Shown: piece by piece, positions 26,045 through 39,200 of the stretch
How positions within the stretch are numbered: the stretch's first letter is position 1
Layout of the letters: the number at the start of each line of letters is the position of its first letter
Origin: Plasmodiophora brassicae
Lineage: Eukaryota
NCBI GenBank assembly: GCA_036867785.1
Contig: CP145412.1
Coordinates: 1,240,001 to 1,304,000, forward strand
Direction: 5' to 3'
Length of the DNA: 64,000 bases
The notes under the pieces: generated by a model
Seen by the model: only the letters and a program-made list of their open reading frames with translations
The model's database searches: none
What the model was told of the DNA's origin: nothing
Made by a program: the position numbers and the translations under genes

Positions 26045-27497
26045 TTATAGATCGTCGTCGTCGTCCAACGGGACATCCATCATCTCCATGACAACCTGTT
26101 TTGTAACTCGTGTATCTTCAACAACAACGGCCCGCCCTGCAGTAATGTTGTCAGCATAGGCGTCCGAACACATAACACAGCGTGCGGCGAACCTTCGGTT
26201 GACAGCATGACAATGCCCGTGAACGTTACCAAGAGAGCAATGACAAACGCAATAGACTGAAACATTGAGAACGCGGCCAGTTCTACAAAAGCATCAGCGC
26301 CAATCCATACCACCGTATCTTAGGGCCAAGGTCGGCATACCTTGGAAGAATATCCCTCCGCCAATGATATTGAACAATTCGAGCGTGATGACGAAGAGTG
26401 GGATCACGAGAAGCTGGTCGAACCTCTGCATCCCAATGTTGAGGAAGTAGATTTGTGTGACACCGAAAACAGGAACGGCGGCCAGTAACATGTAGGTCTC
26501 AACGTGCGTGAACGCGGGGTACCCGTTGACGCTAGCCTTAACTAGCTCAATCGCGCATTTCGCGAAAAGCGTTGTACACGACGCGATTCCAGCAGCAAAT
26601 ACTGGGTACGCTGCCATATTCGCGTGTCGGGAAAGGAGCCCACGGGCGGTTTGGTGGCAGCCTATGGACGACTGCAAACGATTGACAAGAGGCTGGTCGT
26701 CCGCGCTGTCTTGGTTTCTAACGGACTGGCTAAAACGGTGTCGGGTATTCGCGACTTGCTCTTCCGCTACTGCCTGCTCGGTCGAAGGTTGCAGATCGGC
26801 GGCACGGTTAGACGTTTCTTGGCGAATGATGACGCCCAACGAGATCTTACCAACGATGCGGGTCAGCAATGGACACGGATCCCTAAATTGCCTCGCGTAC
26901 CATAATAGCGAGGAAGCAGAACAAATAAACGAGGAACCCAGTCGACAGAAAATGATGCCGCAGGTCATCGACCAGGGTGATGCCCGGTTCGGGAGCGCGG
27001 CTGCCTGTCAGCAGTTTAACGAAGCACGAAGGATTAACCCAGTGAATCGGACCGTTTACCTGAGGCAATAGAAAGGAACGATCCCATCATAATAATACCT
27101 GTAGCAATGCAAATCCGGGTGGTGATTTGCTCGCCTAGGAACAGGACCGAATTGACGGCATTGTAGACGAGGCCGAGCGGTGAGACAACGGCCAGCATGG
27201 ATTGCGGTGCTATTCATTCCAAACGTTAGCGAGATAAGCCTTTGCAGAGGTACTGGAAAGGGCCATCTACCTACCTAGACCAAGTCCGAGCGCGTTCATG
27301 ACGGAACCGGTTAAATACAGGGCCACGCCCGCCAGCCAGCGCCGTTGCGTCCAGTAGCGACCGCGGGCGTCCTCCGCCTGCAGATGCAGATGCGACATCT
27401 TCTGCAGGCACACGCCAAAGTTGTCGAGCAGGCCGCCCAAGATCGCGCATCCGACGCCAACCATCTCGCTCGCTGGCATACCGCCTGCCATCGTCAT
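26045..27497 (-). CDS. NIPA-family (DMT superfamily) magnesium transporter, multi-exon
   Basis: FGVCLQKMSH, RWLAGVALYLTGSVMN, APQSMLAVVSPLGLVYNA, TLFAKC, QIYFLNIGMQRFDQLLVIP, GGGIFFQE. Confidence 0.88.
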
Positions 27498-27862
27498 CGG
27501 AGGTCTCCCAGTCCCACGCAGACCGAACGTCTTCGGAACAGGGGCGCGTGCCTACCCTGCTATCTAGAGCCATGAAACTGATATCTATTCATCTGTGCAA
27601 GATATGATATATAATCCCATTATCGAATGACATTTTTCGTCCACGTGAAGTGCATGAGCTTGGAAGGACGCGATGAGTGACGTGGCAGCGCGAAGGCGAC
27701 AACAGTGCGCGCGGGGCCAGGGGTCCGTGAGCCGTCGACCTCGCGTTGACGCGGCCCTGCCGTCTTGGAGGCCCTCGACGCCGACGAGTATCCGGGACAG
27801 CGACCAGGGTCCAATGTGCTGACCGGTACGGACGAGGCCAACGAGATCCCCCGTCCGCGTTC

Positions 27863-28586
27863 ATGACGTTTCGGAGGCAACGCAGTCGGCCATCGGAACT
27901 GGCAACCGGGATCGTCATCAGGCTGAGAAGGCTGGGCAGGCATGGCGGATGGTCGATCAGGCCTTCGGTGCCGCGACAATTTAATGCAGATCCCGAAGGC
28001 AGCATTGCAGTACCGCCATTTTCCTACACAGATTTGTCTTGCTTGTGCAAGGCCGCCGAATCCGACAAGGTAAACGGGTTGCTGGGATAATCCGGAACCT
28101 GGTGAACTGATGGTGGCGTAGGATACTGAAAACGTCACGGATGCTGTGTATCGGGCGCGGCATCGGCCGCTTGAACTCGAGGAACGCGAGGAGAAACGCC
28201 TTATGGTTCCGGAGGCCTACGAGCGATGGGCGGTCTGCGACGCTCCTGAGTGTCGAAAGTGGAGACGTATTCCGTCCGATGTTCAAATTCAACAGCAAGA
28301 CAAGTTCTACTGTGGTGGACACGACACACCACATCCGGAAGTAAGGCTATGTGTTTATACGTCGTTACTCCTCTTTCCGGAGCTCACTGTGCGATGCCAG
28401 TGTTGCGACATTCCAGACGACTGGCTCGTCGAATGCCTGGGCAAGACGCTGACCCATAGATGCGAATCGATTGGCGTCAGTACTGTAGAGGCGCTTCTGG
28501 ATCATCCCAGGCTGATCAAGCGTTTGAATGATATTGGAATCATCTACGAGCCGAAGACCATGGCATTGCGCACGTACAACGCCTAG
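27863..28586 (+). CDS. Small PEHE-like plus CW-type zinc-finger protein (introns 28070-28121, 28341-28400)
   Basis: IAVPPF...ENVTDAVYRARHRPLELEER (PEHE-like) followed by WAVCDAPECRKWRRIP...FYC...CDIPD (CW finger). Confidence 0.75.
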
Positions 28587-28815
28587 CGGTCAATTCCTGT
28601 ATCGACACAAGAAAGCGGTGAGCGAGTGATTCTGCATGTATAGACTACCTACCTACCTAGGCGTCATCGCATGTATAGCGGATATATTTTTGCATTCTAT
28701 TCTACACGGCCATGCACGTGGCATGTTATTGTACTATCACATGAACAGGACGTTACGACCATGTGTAAAATGGTATAAACGAATCGTGTAATCGGTAAGC
28801 GACAGAATGCGTCAG

Positions 28816-29878
28816 TTAGGCAGCAGCTTTGTACAGGCGTTCGATCTCGTCGACGTCCTCGCGACTGCCGAGGAAGACAGGACGCGGCTCGTGTAAGGAC
28901 TTCGGAACAATATCAAGCAAGTTCTCTTTGCCCGTACTGCCCTTTCCACCCGCCTGCTGCATTATGAACGCCATCGGCGCGCCTTCATATAGCAGCCGCA
29001 GTTTCCCTTTCGAACTCTAGCATAAAAATATTAACCATCCAAAGAACGTTTGCATTGGTAGGCTTGTACAGTACCGTTTTACTCCCAGGGTACATGAAGA
29101 TGCCCCCGTAGAGCAACGTGCGATGGACATCGGCGACCATGCTGCCAATGTATCGCAGCGATTTCGCTTTTCGACCACCAGAACTGCTCTTGCACATTGC
29201 AACGTACTTCGAGGTTGGGCCATCCCACGTCTCAGAGTTACCCTCGTTAATCGAGTAGATGCTGCCTTTGGCCGGGATACGAATATCTTTGTGCGTGAGG
29301 ATGAACTCTCCCAGAGAAGGATCCAGCGTGAACCCGTTGACGCCATTCCCCGTCGACAGAACCATCATCGTCGCGGCACCGTATACTGCATATCCAGCTG
29401 CGATAAGCTTGGAGCCAGGTTGAAGCACGTTCTCGAGCTTCTGGGTGTTGTCGGGGTCGGGGTTCATCCAAATGCCAAAGATTGTGCCAATAGAGACGTT
29501 GGCATCAATATTGGAAGATCCATCCAGAGGGTCGAACGCAACGAAATACTTCCCAGTTGCGGTGTTGTTGTAGATGGGCGTGTCGTTCTCCTCGGATACC
29601 ATGATCGATACGCGGTTCGAGAACGTAAGTGCATTAATGAAGCTGTCGTTCGAGAAGACGTCCAGTTTCTTGACGGTATCACCCGACGTGTTCGTCGATC
29701 CATCCAACCCATACAGCTTGAAGATGCCGGCCTTCGAGCATGCGTTCGAAATCACCTTGCAGGCAAGCTGGATCGACGACAGCAGAATGGTGAAATCGCC
29801 ACTGGCTTCCGGGTGAGCGTGCTGCTCCGTCAAGATGAATCTCGACAACGTCACCGGGTTGCGATGCTCGTCCGCCAT
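28816..29878 (-). CDS. FBP: Fructose-1,6-bisphosphatase class 1, cytosolic type (intron about 29017-29073)
   Basis: [65 protein letters not shown]. Confidence 0.98.
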
Positions 29879-30210
29879 CGCTCGGTCCTGATTCGTGAAC
29901 TACTTATCGCACACCTCGACAACCGAAATGGCAAAAACGAACCGGAAAACGACGAACCGGCGCCTTCACTTCAGCGTTCAGACGTGCGCGGAGGCCACTT
30001 GTGGACGACGGAATTTCCATCTGTGTGCACTGTGCAGCTCCCCGTCTTCTCTCACATGCGATATACTGTACGGAGCATGGAACGATCGCATCTCGCCACT
30101 GCCTGGGACCGTCTGCCGGATGAGTCCAAGTGCATGGGTCCACAGCCCACACAGTACGACGTCGGTTATTGCTGGTGCGACATGGTCGGCGAGTGAATTC
30201 TCTTCGCGGG

Positions 30211-33200
30211 ATGGTGGACGCAAAGGCGGGGACGGTGTGTACCGCCGACTGGTCCAGCGAGACAGTCCGCGGCCAGTTTCTCGACGTATTCGTGGACGAA
30301 TCAGACGCCAATGATTTTGCTACCTGCTTTCGGGACATAAGCAGTGTGCTTCAAGTGATTCTTGGAAACCGTCAATGGACTGCAAGATTCGGCCCAGCAG
30401 ACCTTCTTGCTTTATCGACATTCGCGAAGGCGTTCGAGGAATCGGCACAGGTGTGTACCAAGCTCTCATCGCTGCGTACTGTCCCTGTTAATTTCGCGAA
30501 TTTCTCTGATGTCCTTGGTGAGCTGCAAGACCGGCTAGGCCGTCTTGATGTAAACTCGTGCCTGGCCTTTGAGGGCGGCCTACTCAGTGCAGATGGCACG
30601 CGCACGCCAATGGTGTACATCTTCTTCCGACGCGAGTCGACGTTTACGCTTGCCATTTGTAATACGACGTTCGGTGCGGCCAAGTACCATCCGTCAAGGG
30701 GAGAGAATGGCGGAAAGACTCGGGTTATGCAGACGATTTTGGTTGACGAAATTCCGCTGGCCACCATCTGCCAAGAATCAGCCGGCTTGTTCGCGTTGCT
30801 GCGAATGTTCATCGTTCGGTGCAAGGAGAACACGCTGGATATGCTGTACGAGGTACGTTAATGAGGTGAATGGGGTATCTTGGTGGAAGTCAGTAACAGT
30901 GGCTTAGGTGATCGTGCCATACCTGTGCGGCCGCCCTGTGAAGCATCTCCGGGCGAGACAACCTCTTCGACATTTCAGGACGCCTCAGCGCTCTAACACA
31001 GCTTACCGATCAGTCCGGGAGGCGCTTTTGGCAGGCCTCATCCTTCATGGATTTAATGCGCAGCACGTCAAATACCTCACGTTTCTTATTCGCCTGGCAG
31101 TTCTTCAGTCCATTACGGGCCCCGCGCCAAGCTCTGTTGCCTCACTTGTTGCCCAAGAAATGGCATCCTGCGCCTCGAAACGCGTAGCCGCGTCTCTTCT
31201 TACTGATCAGATGATTGCCGATGTTGCAGCCCTTTTGAGGGAGATCATGCCTGCGAAGGCAACTTCCGTTCCATCTATCAAGTTCCCAGAACGAGAGACT
31301 GTGCGGTGGATGCCGCTTCCGAGTTGCGATGCTCTTGCCGCGCGATTCCAAATGGAGGATCGCTATCTGGCTAAGGAACGTCCTTCAATTCCGCCTCCCA
31401 AGCCTGTGATCTGTTCATATGCAGAGTTGCATGACTGTGCATTCGTTGGCTCCGATACCACGTCCAACCGTTTGACCCGATTGGTCCCAATTGCGCGAAG
31501 AATCGTGCAGAGTTCTGACCGCCTCCACCTGATGATGCTCACAGACATTGTTGAGCAATTCACATTGCGGTTAGAATTGCCGTTTACTATCGAAATACCT
31601 TCAACGATGCTGTCGACAGCTGACGCATTATTCGACCTTGCTGAAGTGTATCTATCGGCGTCACTAGCTCAACAGTCGACCGACGAGCAATTGCAGAGAA
31701 TGACGATCACACTGGCCATGCTTGCAGCGGCTTTCGATTCGGTTCTTGTCTCGATCCCCGGGGAAGATGTCCCACCAGTGACATCCGCGTTATCCCAGTT
31801 CGTCTTTGGTCTCGGTAATGGGACTGGCGAATCATTGGAAAGGTTAACCAGAGAATCGGCCTTTCCTCTGGAGCCTGCCTTTTCTCGAGCAAGAACACGC
31901 ATCCTGACGTACTTCTCGAACGTCCCGCCAACACGTCAATCGTTTCAGGTTCACCCTCCCGATGGCATCCTGGATGACGGTCACATTTCTCTCGTTCAGT
32001 TTCTGAAGAAGGCAATGGAAGCAGGGCATTTGGCCAAAGGGCGCTTTGTGCGTTTGTCATTTGATGAGGTCGTTCAGAATCTGCCGACCATGTCGAGTCT
32101 CGTGCCTCGCCTCCATCAGTACTTGGCAATGGCCGCGTTCATAGCAATTGTATTAGACAATTCCAGAGCCCGGGTTGGACCTGGTTACTATGCGATTGGA
32201 CAAGGATTGTTCTTACCGGATCTCACCATCCAGCGTGATGCCACAGGCGTGCCTAGAATGCAAATTGCAATGCTGAACAGGACACGTCTACGGTTTGTCT
32301 CCTCTAAGCCTCGTGCTTTCTTGCCAGAGAGCGAACTTCGTATGCACTTGTCCGCTCAGGAATCGTATTCGCTCTATCGGATCCTCCTCCAAGCGGAAGG
32401 GAGTTTACGAATCAATCTCCTTATGGATTTCGTTCGCAACGGGCGGTGGCATTTAATGCACGATGCTGCCTGGTTCCAGCAACTATTCCGTCACACGCTA
32501 TTCCGATGTGGTTTGCCCGGCGAGAAACCCGTTATTGCAGAGGTTCCATCCCCGACATCGCCTTTCAACAATAACGCCCTCGAGACACATCCGCATCCGG
32601 GGACGATTGTTGAATTCGTCCTGGACGCTATCCTTGTGCAGACGAACAGTTGCGAAGGGTCTTTAACTGACTCTCTCCGATTTATCATCGAGCTGGCAAT
32701 TGCAATGCTGTCGCATGGCGTTGATGACACGAAGCAACGGTTGAAAGCGTTCTTAGCAGACGACGTTATAAGGCGATGCGTTGGGTGGCGAAATGAAGCA
32801 CTATCAATGCGGGACCCCGAACGACTCGTCGAAGTATTCAGCCTTGAGATACGTCTTGGGGAGCTCCTGACGGATCGAGGTTTGTAATTTTCATTATTGT
32901 CACATTTGAAGCTGAGAATGTAATTGATTAGGAGCTCCTTCTGTTGATGCACTCGTCTCGCTTGCTGCTCCGATTGCGTTTATCAAAGCGTGGTCGCTAC
33001 TATGCTCAACCAAGACCGCGTCGCATATATTAGCCTGCAGACGAGGCATTCAAGTCAGAAACAGCGTCAGCCAGACTCTGCAAGAGCATCCTGAGTGGTC
33101 GAATGCTGTTCTTGACGGCATCTTTGATGTTGTCTCTCTTAGTCAAGCCCCTCTGGTATCAGGTCCATGGGTGGCCGACAAATCCGTCTATACGCGCGGT

Positions 33201-36200
33201 TCCGTTGCTTTCGACATTCAATCGTTATCGTTTACGTTCAGCGGTAACGACCAGCATATTGGACGCGTCGTGCCGCTTCCCGATTCCATTAAGCTTAACC
33301 CTGATGTCGCAAGACAGATCCCATCACAAGCTCGATTCGGAACTTGCGTCCGAGAGGGGTTGTGGAGGATCGCTGACTGCGACCTTGAAGTTCATCTTAG
33401 TCCTGCATTCAACGATACGCTTCTTGGTGAACTATTCCGTCGTCCATTGTCGTCATGCACGGAGGATGAGCGTTGGATTGCTGATGTTCTCGGTGGTATG
33501 CAGCACGCTTCGATGTTCTTGAGAACAACACCTATTCCGTTGCCCACTCTCGCACGGGCTTGGGTGCTTGACACTTCAGCGAACGTTATGCTGCTCGTCC
33601 ATCGGGGTGCTGGTATTGTCAGGACTTTCGACATGTCTCCTCCTGCTTGCATTATTGTTCGTGCCCAAAAGGATGTTTACGTGTCTAGGAACACCATGTT
33701 GTCTTTCGCAGATATTCCACGCATGCTTGTGGCTGACGCCGAATCGATGTGGCGACCCATGAATAGTCTATCAGTTGATGTTGCACCTGGTATCCGTTTG
33801 GCCTTAAGAAAAGTCATTCCCGACCCGGAATCTGAAGAAGTGACGACGGGTAAGAAACCCGGAGCGAAGGCATCTGCGAAAGCGCCTGCTCCAACGCCTA
33901 AGCCTGCCCCAGGGTAAGCGTAGAAGGATTGCAGCGTGGAGCTAGGTTGCTTAATATAGTCTATTAGCAAATCCACATCGACCGACCCGCCACCTTCCGA
34001 TGCCGATCCAGCACTACAGGAACAGATGAGGTGGGTGGATCAAGTCAAAGCTGAGGGTATTCTTGTAGGGTGGTCGGCCATTATCACGAAGGCTGCTAGC
34101 GAGACGACTGCGCTTCGACTATGCGGGACATGTTCAGACTCCACTGCTGAGGACGCTGTTAATATCCTTGTCGATAGCAATGATGGTTCGTCGCCGTTCA
34201 CGCGGGCCCTGTTGTGGACGCAGGCAATGGACACAGACCCGGAACCCGGCACCCCTGTCCGCTTATCAAGTATTGGCACACCATCTGGCGTGTGCGCTGC
34301 TATTGAACCTGACCGGACAATTTCTGTTCTCGTGGATGGTTCCACATATACTGTCGAACAACCGGAAGGGTTTCCAGCTGCTCTCGACATCACTCAGTCC
34401 CTGCCGAGGCACATCGTTGTTCGTCATAGGTCCACCTTAGAGTTGGGGATTCTCTTCATTCGCAAAGGTCTGGTGGTCCCTCTTCATCAGTCTCGGGTGA
34501 TGCTCGACTACCACAAAATGACAATAGAGCAGCTGCTATGGATGTCGCTGTTCATGGCCCGAGTTCATCGGTTTGCCGATGCTTCTTCATTGGTCGATGC
34601 GGTCGGCTACGAAATCGGCGACAGTCTCAGCGATCACGTTCGGGAAGTCGTTTTGGAATGGCTGTCGGACGTATCTCCACACCCAGCTGCCCGATCCCTA
34701 CGTTTAGCAATACTGGCCCGATTCCCCAATGTCATGCCACCTGACACGGGATCAAAGCTTCGCCGTGACTTTGAGGCATACATGTTCAGGGTGACATCAT
34801 TGCCGGAAGGGCTGCGTTTGACCGGTAGTGACCTGGCCTCGCTTTCCAAAGTACTTCACTTAACAGATGGCCTGGCGCAAATCGGTACTTCCTCGTCCTT
34901 TCTTTCCTGTTGTGATCTCACGCGTATTCCAGATTTGACAGTGGGCGGTGCGCACGACAACTGGGATGCTGTCAGGAAGACCGTGCTAAGCTCGCCGCGT
35001 TCCATGCATGCTCGTCGTTGGGGTCTTCAACTGGACGATGGGATATGGTCTGACTACCGTAGTAGTCTCGCAGATGGTGATGCTCTAGCACTTTGTGATC
35101 AGCTTTGGTCACGCGCAACGATTAACTGTGGAGGATTCGCTGTTCTTTACCAGCTTCTGTCGGGAGCGATCGACCTCAAGATAAGGAATCGCACAACTTC
35201 TACTAGCTTATCGGCAATAGTTTCCCGTATTCTTCTTCATAAGAGAGTGGGGCTGCTGCAAACGACGTTCCCAATGGGTGCGCCCTATTGGCCTGCTGGT
35301 TGGTATCTCGCTTAACGTTGAATTTCATATCGAAGGTTAAATGGATTTCATTGCAGAATACCTGGGGCCGTTTTGCGCACTGCACTGCTTGCTTACTATG
35401 CCCGATGATCTTGAGGACGAGTCTGCACCAGAATCAGCTCAAGGTTCAGCCGGTCGGCAACGTCGGTTTGCTCATGTGGTTTTGAACGATCAGCACCGCA
35501 CCCTTCGCGATTTCATCACCGCCATTCGATTTCCATCTCTGCCGCGAGGTTAGGAGTTTCCTACTGAATTCGACCCATTGGTCGGACTAATCATTCGTAG
35601 ATGGGCAAGGGCGCTTTGTCACATCCTCGTCATCATCGTGGATTCCATGGACACGATTTGTAAGGCAGGACAGTATGCCAACCTTATTAAGTTCCTAACT
35701 TTGGCTTACAAGGCGGACACCCTTATGGATATCTGTGATATGTTACGTGAGAGGAGGGTCGAGGGCGACGCTGACGTCGTGGTAGATGAGCCATCCTTGT
35801 TTAACGACAGCCCAGAGGTCAGGGCGGCCGAAATGCTTTCTTGCTAACTGATACTGACATGGATTCAGGAACTCGCATCGATACCGCTACCTGTTGTAGG
35901 TAGCGGTCAGAGATGGATATGTGCTGACATTGGTTCTCCAGCCAGAACTTTACTGGCTTATAACTCGACGAAGGATGAGCTGGAGCTTCCCGGGTCGGCA
36001 AACTCGTTAACACTTGGAGATAATCTGTACCAGCTACTTGCCCTAAACTGGGTTCTGAAACAACCTGACGTGCAACCCACTGCAGCAACGTCCTACGTCC
36101 ATGTCCTGGAGGATATCCGCGGTGTGGCTCCTGCAACAGAGGCCGGGAGACACGCGATCGAATCTTTGCTCGCCGAGGTCGAGCAATCCCAAACTGTGAA

Positions 36201-39200
36201 ACCTGACCCGCTTCCTTGGCGTGTCGTACAACCAGAAGGCGCGACGGACAGAACTCAGCTGTACGACAGGTTAGACAAGGAGCTTCAGGCACAGGTAACG
36301 TTCATGAGTTGGTTGTGGACAGTGTATAACGACTGTTTTGTAGTCTGCGCGAGACCTTTCCTGTAGTCATGCATGTCTACGAAAGGCGCTATCGTCAGCG
36401 AATCGAATTGCGCCCGGACGACTCGATCGAACAATGATCGAGATTACTCGAGGAAGTGTCATTCCGTTCGATATTTCTTCATTGTTAGCATGCTGGCTGT
36501 CCTCCACCTGCATCGACAGCATACGCGCGAGAAATGTTGACGCCGGCAATGGCATTATAGAGGCTTTGACTGCGTTTCTGGTATATTCGACGCGCGCAGC
36601 TCACATTGAGTCTACTCGGGCTGCGCTGCTCGCTTTTCGAAACGATCCTCAGTTCGAGCAGCGGCTCTCCTCGCTGCTTTGCCTTCGTCGAGGAAGTCTG
36701 CCACCTCGGTCCACATTAGTCGACCCTAGGGTCCTTGCGTTCGAGTTCTTCACAGGTTTGCGTTTACGGCCGTCTCAGGCTGCTGTATATGACCAGCTGT
36801 CAGCGGCCAGCGGCAGTATCCAAGCTGTTATCGCACCTGGATCTGGCAAATCGTCTGTCATCGTTCCTCTCCTCGCCTTGTCATCCGTTGCGACTTCGCC
36901 CGCATCGTCAGCTGTTGTCCTGGTCTCCGAGCAAGAATTCCACTCTAGACGGGAATACTTGACCAAACTGTTCAGGTTCTGTCCGGCAATGAGATCTGCT
37001 CGTTTCACCGCGCAGGACCAGGGGTTGACTGAAACTGACCTCCCGGTGTATGATGATTCAAGGCGACCTTGCGTCCTCTTGACTGTACCGTCGTCTGTTC
37101 TGGTTGCCAATTGCGACCTGCAGTTATCTCTTGTCCAGTCTTGTGGGGCGTCAGGTAGGGCCAGACTTGCGAACGCGTTTCAGAGATCGCTGTGCATCGT
37201 CGACAATTCTGAAACGTGCCTTGGTGAGTCGAAATGCGATTGCAGCAGGTTGATTCTTCGCTAATACCATACGTACCAGGGAGGTCGCTTCGTTACATGC
37301 ACGGGTTTCGTACGTTCCCTGAAGGTGGATCTGATCGCTGGACCGTCGCATTGCACATTTTCGATGGTCTGTCTGCCGATTCAGCGCCATCTGCAACCAG
37401 ATACATTCAGCAGTTGAACGTTGATATCGTCCCTGCTGCTGTTGCCGCGTTTAACACTCTCCATGGCTGTGTTTTGCGGCTACGTCAAGATGGACATTCC
37501 AAGGTCCCCCGAGTCGATGATCGTGTCATCTATGAGAACAACCTCCTGCCCGCTCTCATTGAATGGGTTCTTGTCTGGGCGATGGCTGCCGGTATCTGTT
37601 CTGTCACCGAGACAGATGTAAGGGTGATCGCTAAGCCAAGTAAGATACGAGCGTACTTCCGCGCTGACGTTGCGCGAGCCCTTTGCATGCAGCGCAGGGC
37701 CAAGTGGGATAGCCGCGCCGCGGCCGCCCTTGTGCACGGTATCGAATGCGTTTATGGTCTCGGTTCTGACGAACTAAAGATGATTCATAGCTCGGCTCTG
37801 GCTGCGAGTTACGTTGCCGCACCTGTTGACCTTGAGATACGGGAAGGACTACACTCGTGGGCCCCACCAATTACTCGCTCGAGCCATGGACGGGTCGCAG
37901 TTCAGAAGCGTGGATGTCGCCATTGGCTGTACAATCATGACGTTCTACGAGCAAGGGTAATGATTCGCTTTGCTATGGTGTTAGCGTGTCGTGCCTTACC
38001 TAATATCACAGGCTCCGCGAATGTGATACCCATGCCCTGATCTGCCAAATGCAGAATGACTGGTTCCATGAAGGAAGCGCTGGCCGGTGCAATAGGCCGT
38101 CAGATGCACTATTTGAACAGTGGACAGGGAAATCTACGCGATCTCTGCGGTTAGAATCGATTTCCAACTCAGATTGCTTTGCATCTACTTAGCTCTTGCC
38201 ATTAGGTCTGTGTGTCTAGATAACAACGATCAAATCGCCCGGCTGCACCAGATGATATCGACAAATCTTTCTGCCATCCGGCATTTCCTGGCACGACAAC
38301 TCCTTCCGAAGATGATCAGATGGCCTTCTCAGGAGCTGCGCGCCCACATCACTGACCTGTTCCCGAGGATATGTGCTATCGCATCGAAACCGAACCTAGT
38401 CCCAAGGAGACCTTTCCGTAGTGCTTTGCCTCAGGTAGCTTAATGGTCTCTTGATTTCCCACACTGGGCTAATTCTTGACAAAGCTTGCGTACTTATGCG
38501 ATGGCCATGATGCCAAGACCTTCTCTGACAATTTGCGTCAATGGCTGAGGAACCTCGAGCTCCAAGAGGCTTGCGAGGCACGAAGCAATATGTCTCACTG
38601 GGAGCGCGTTCCTCTACTAAGGCACTTGATGGAGAAACTTCTGTCGCATCATGACATCTCCGACTCAGCTCAATTACTGATCTGTGGCATTGATGAACGC
38701 GGTTAGTAATAAGAACACGGTCGTTGTCTCGTGGTCTCATACATGGTATAGGTGAGAGTCGCATGACAATGCGTGCCAACATGATGGGCGATGCCGAAAC
38801 GTCCCTTTCTCGCGTTCGAGCATTCCTCAGTGCTGAACAGTGGAACGACGCCCAGGCCGACCTAGAGGCATTGCGGCGCCTCAGTGACGACAGATCTGGT
38901 GACACTCCTCACGACGGTGCTTTCCGTTCGGTTTTCGACGCCGATTACGAGAAGGAGCGCCTATCGCTCACATGGACTAACCCGACGGAAGACAGTGACC
39001 TTGTTGAATTGCCACTGCCAAACAAATCGATCCTTCTCGACATGTTCTCTGCGCAAATGGACAACAATGTTCCTCGTACTGTGCCTGCGTCTGATTCAGC
39101 TTGGCCAGTCATGTGCCTTCAGAAACGGCTGGAGAAGATCACCACACGGCTACACGTTGCTAAGGCAAAACTACCGTTGCTTGTGACCAAGAACCACGGG

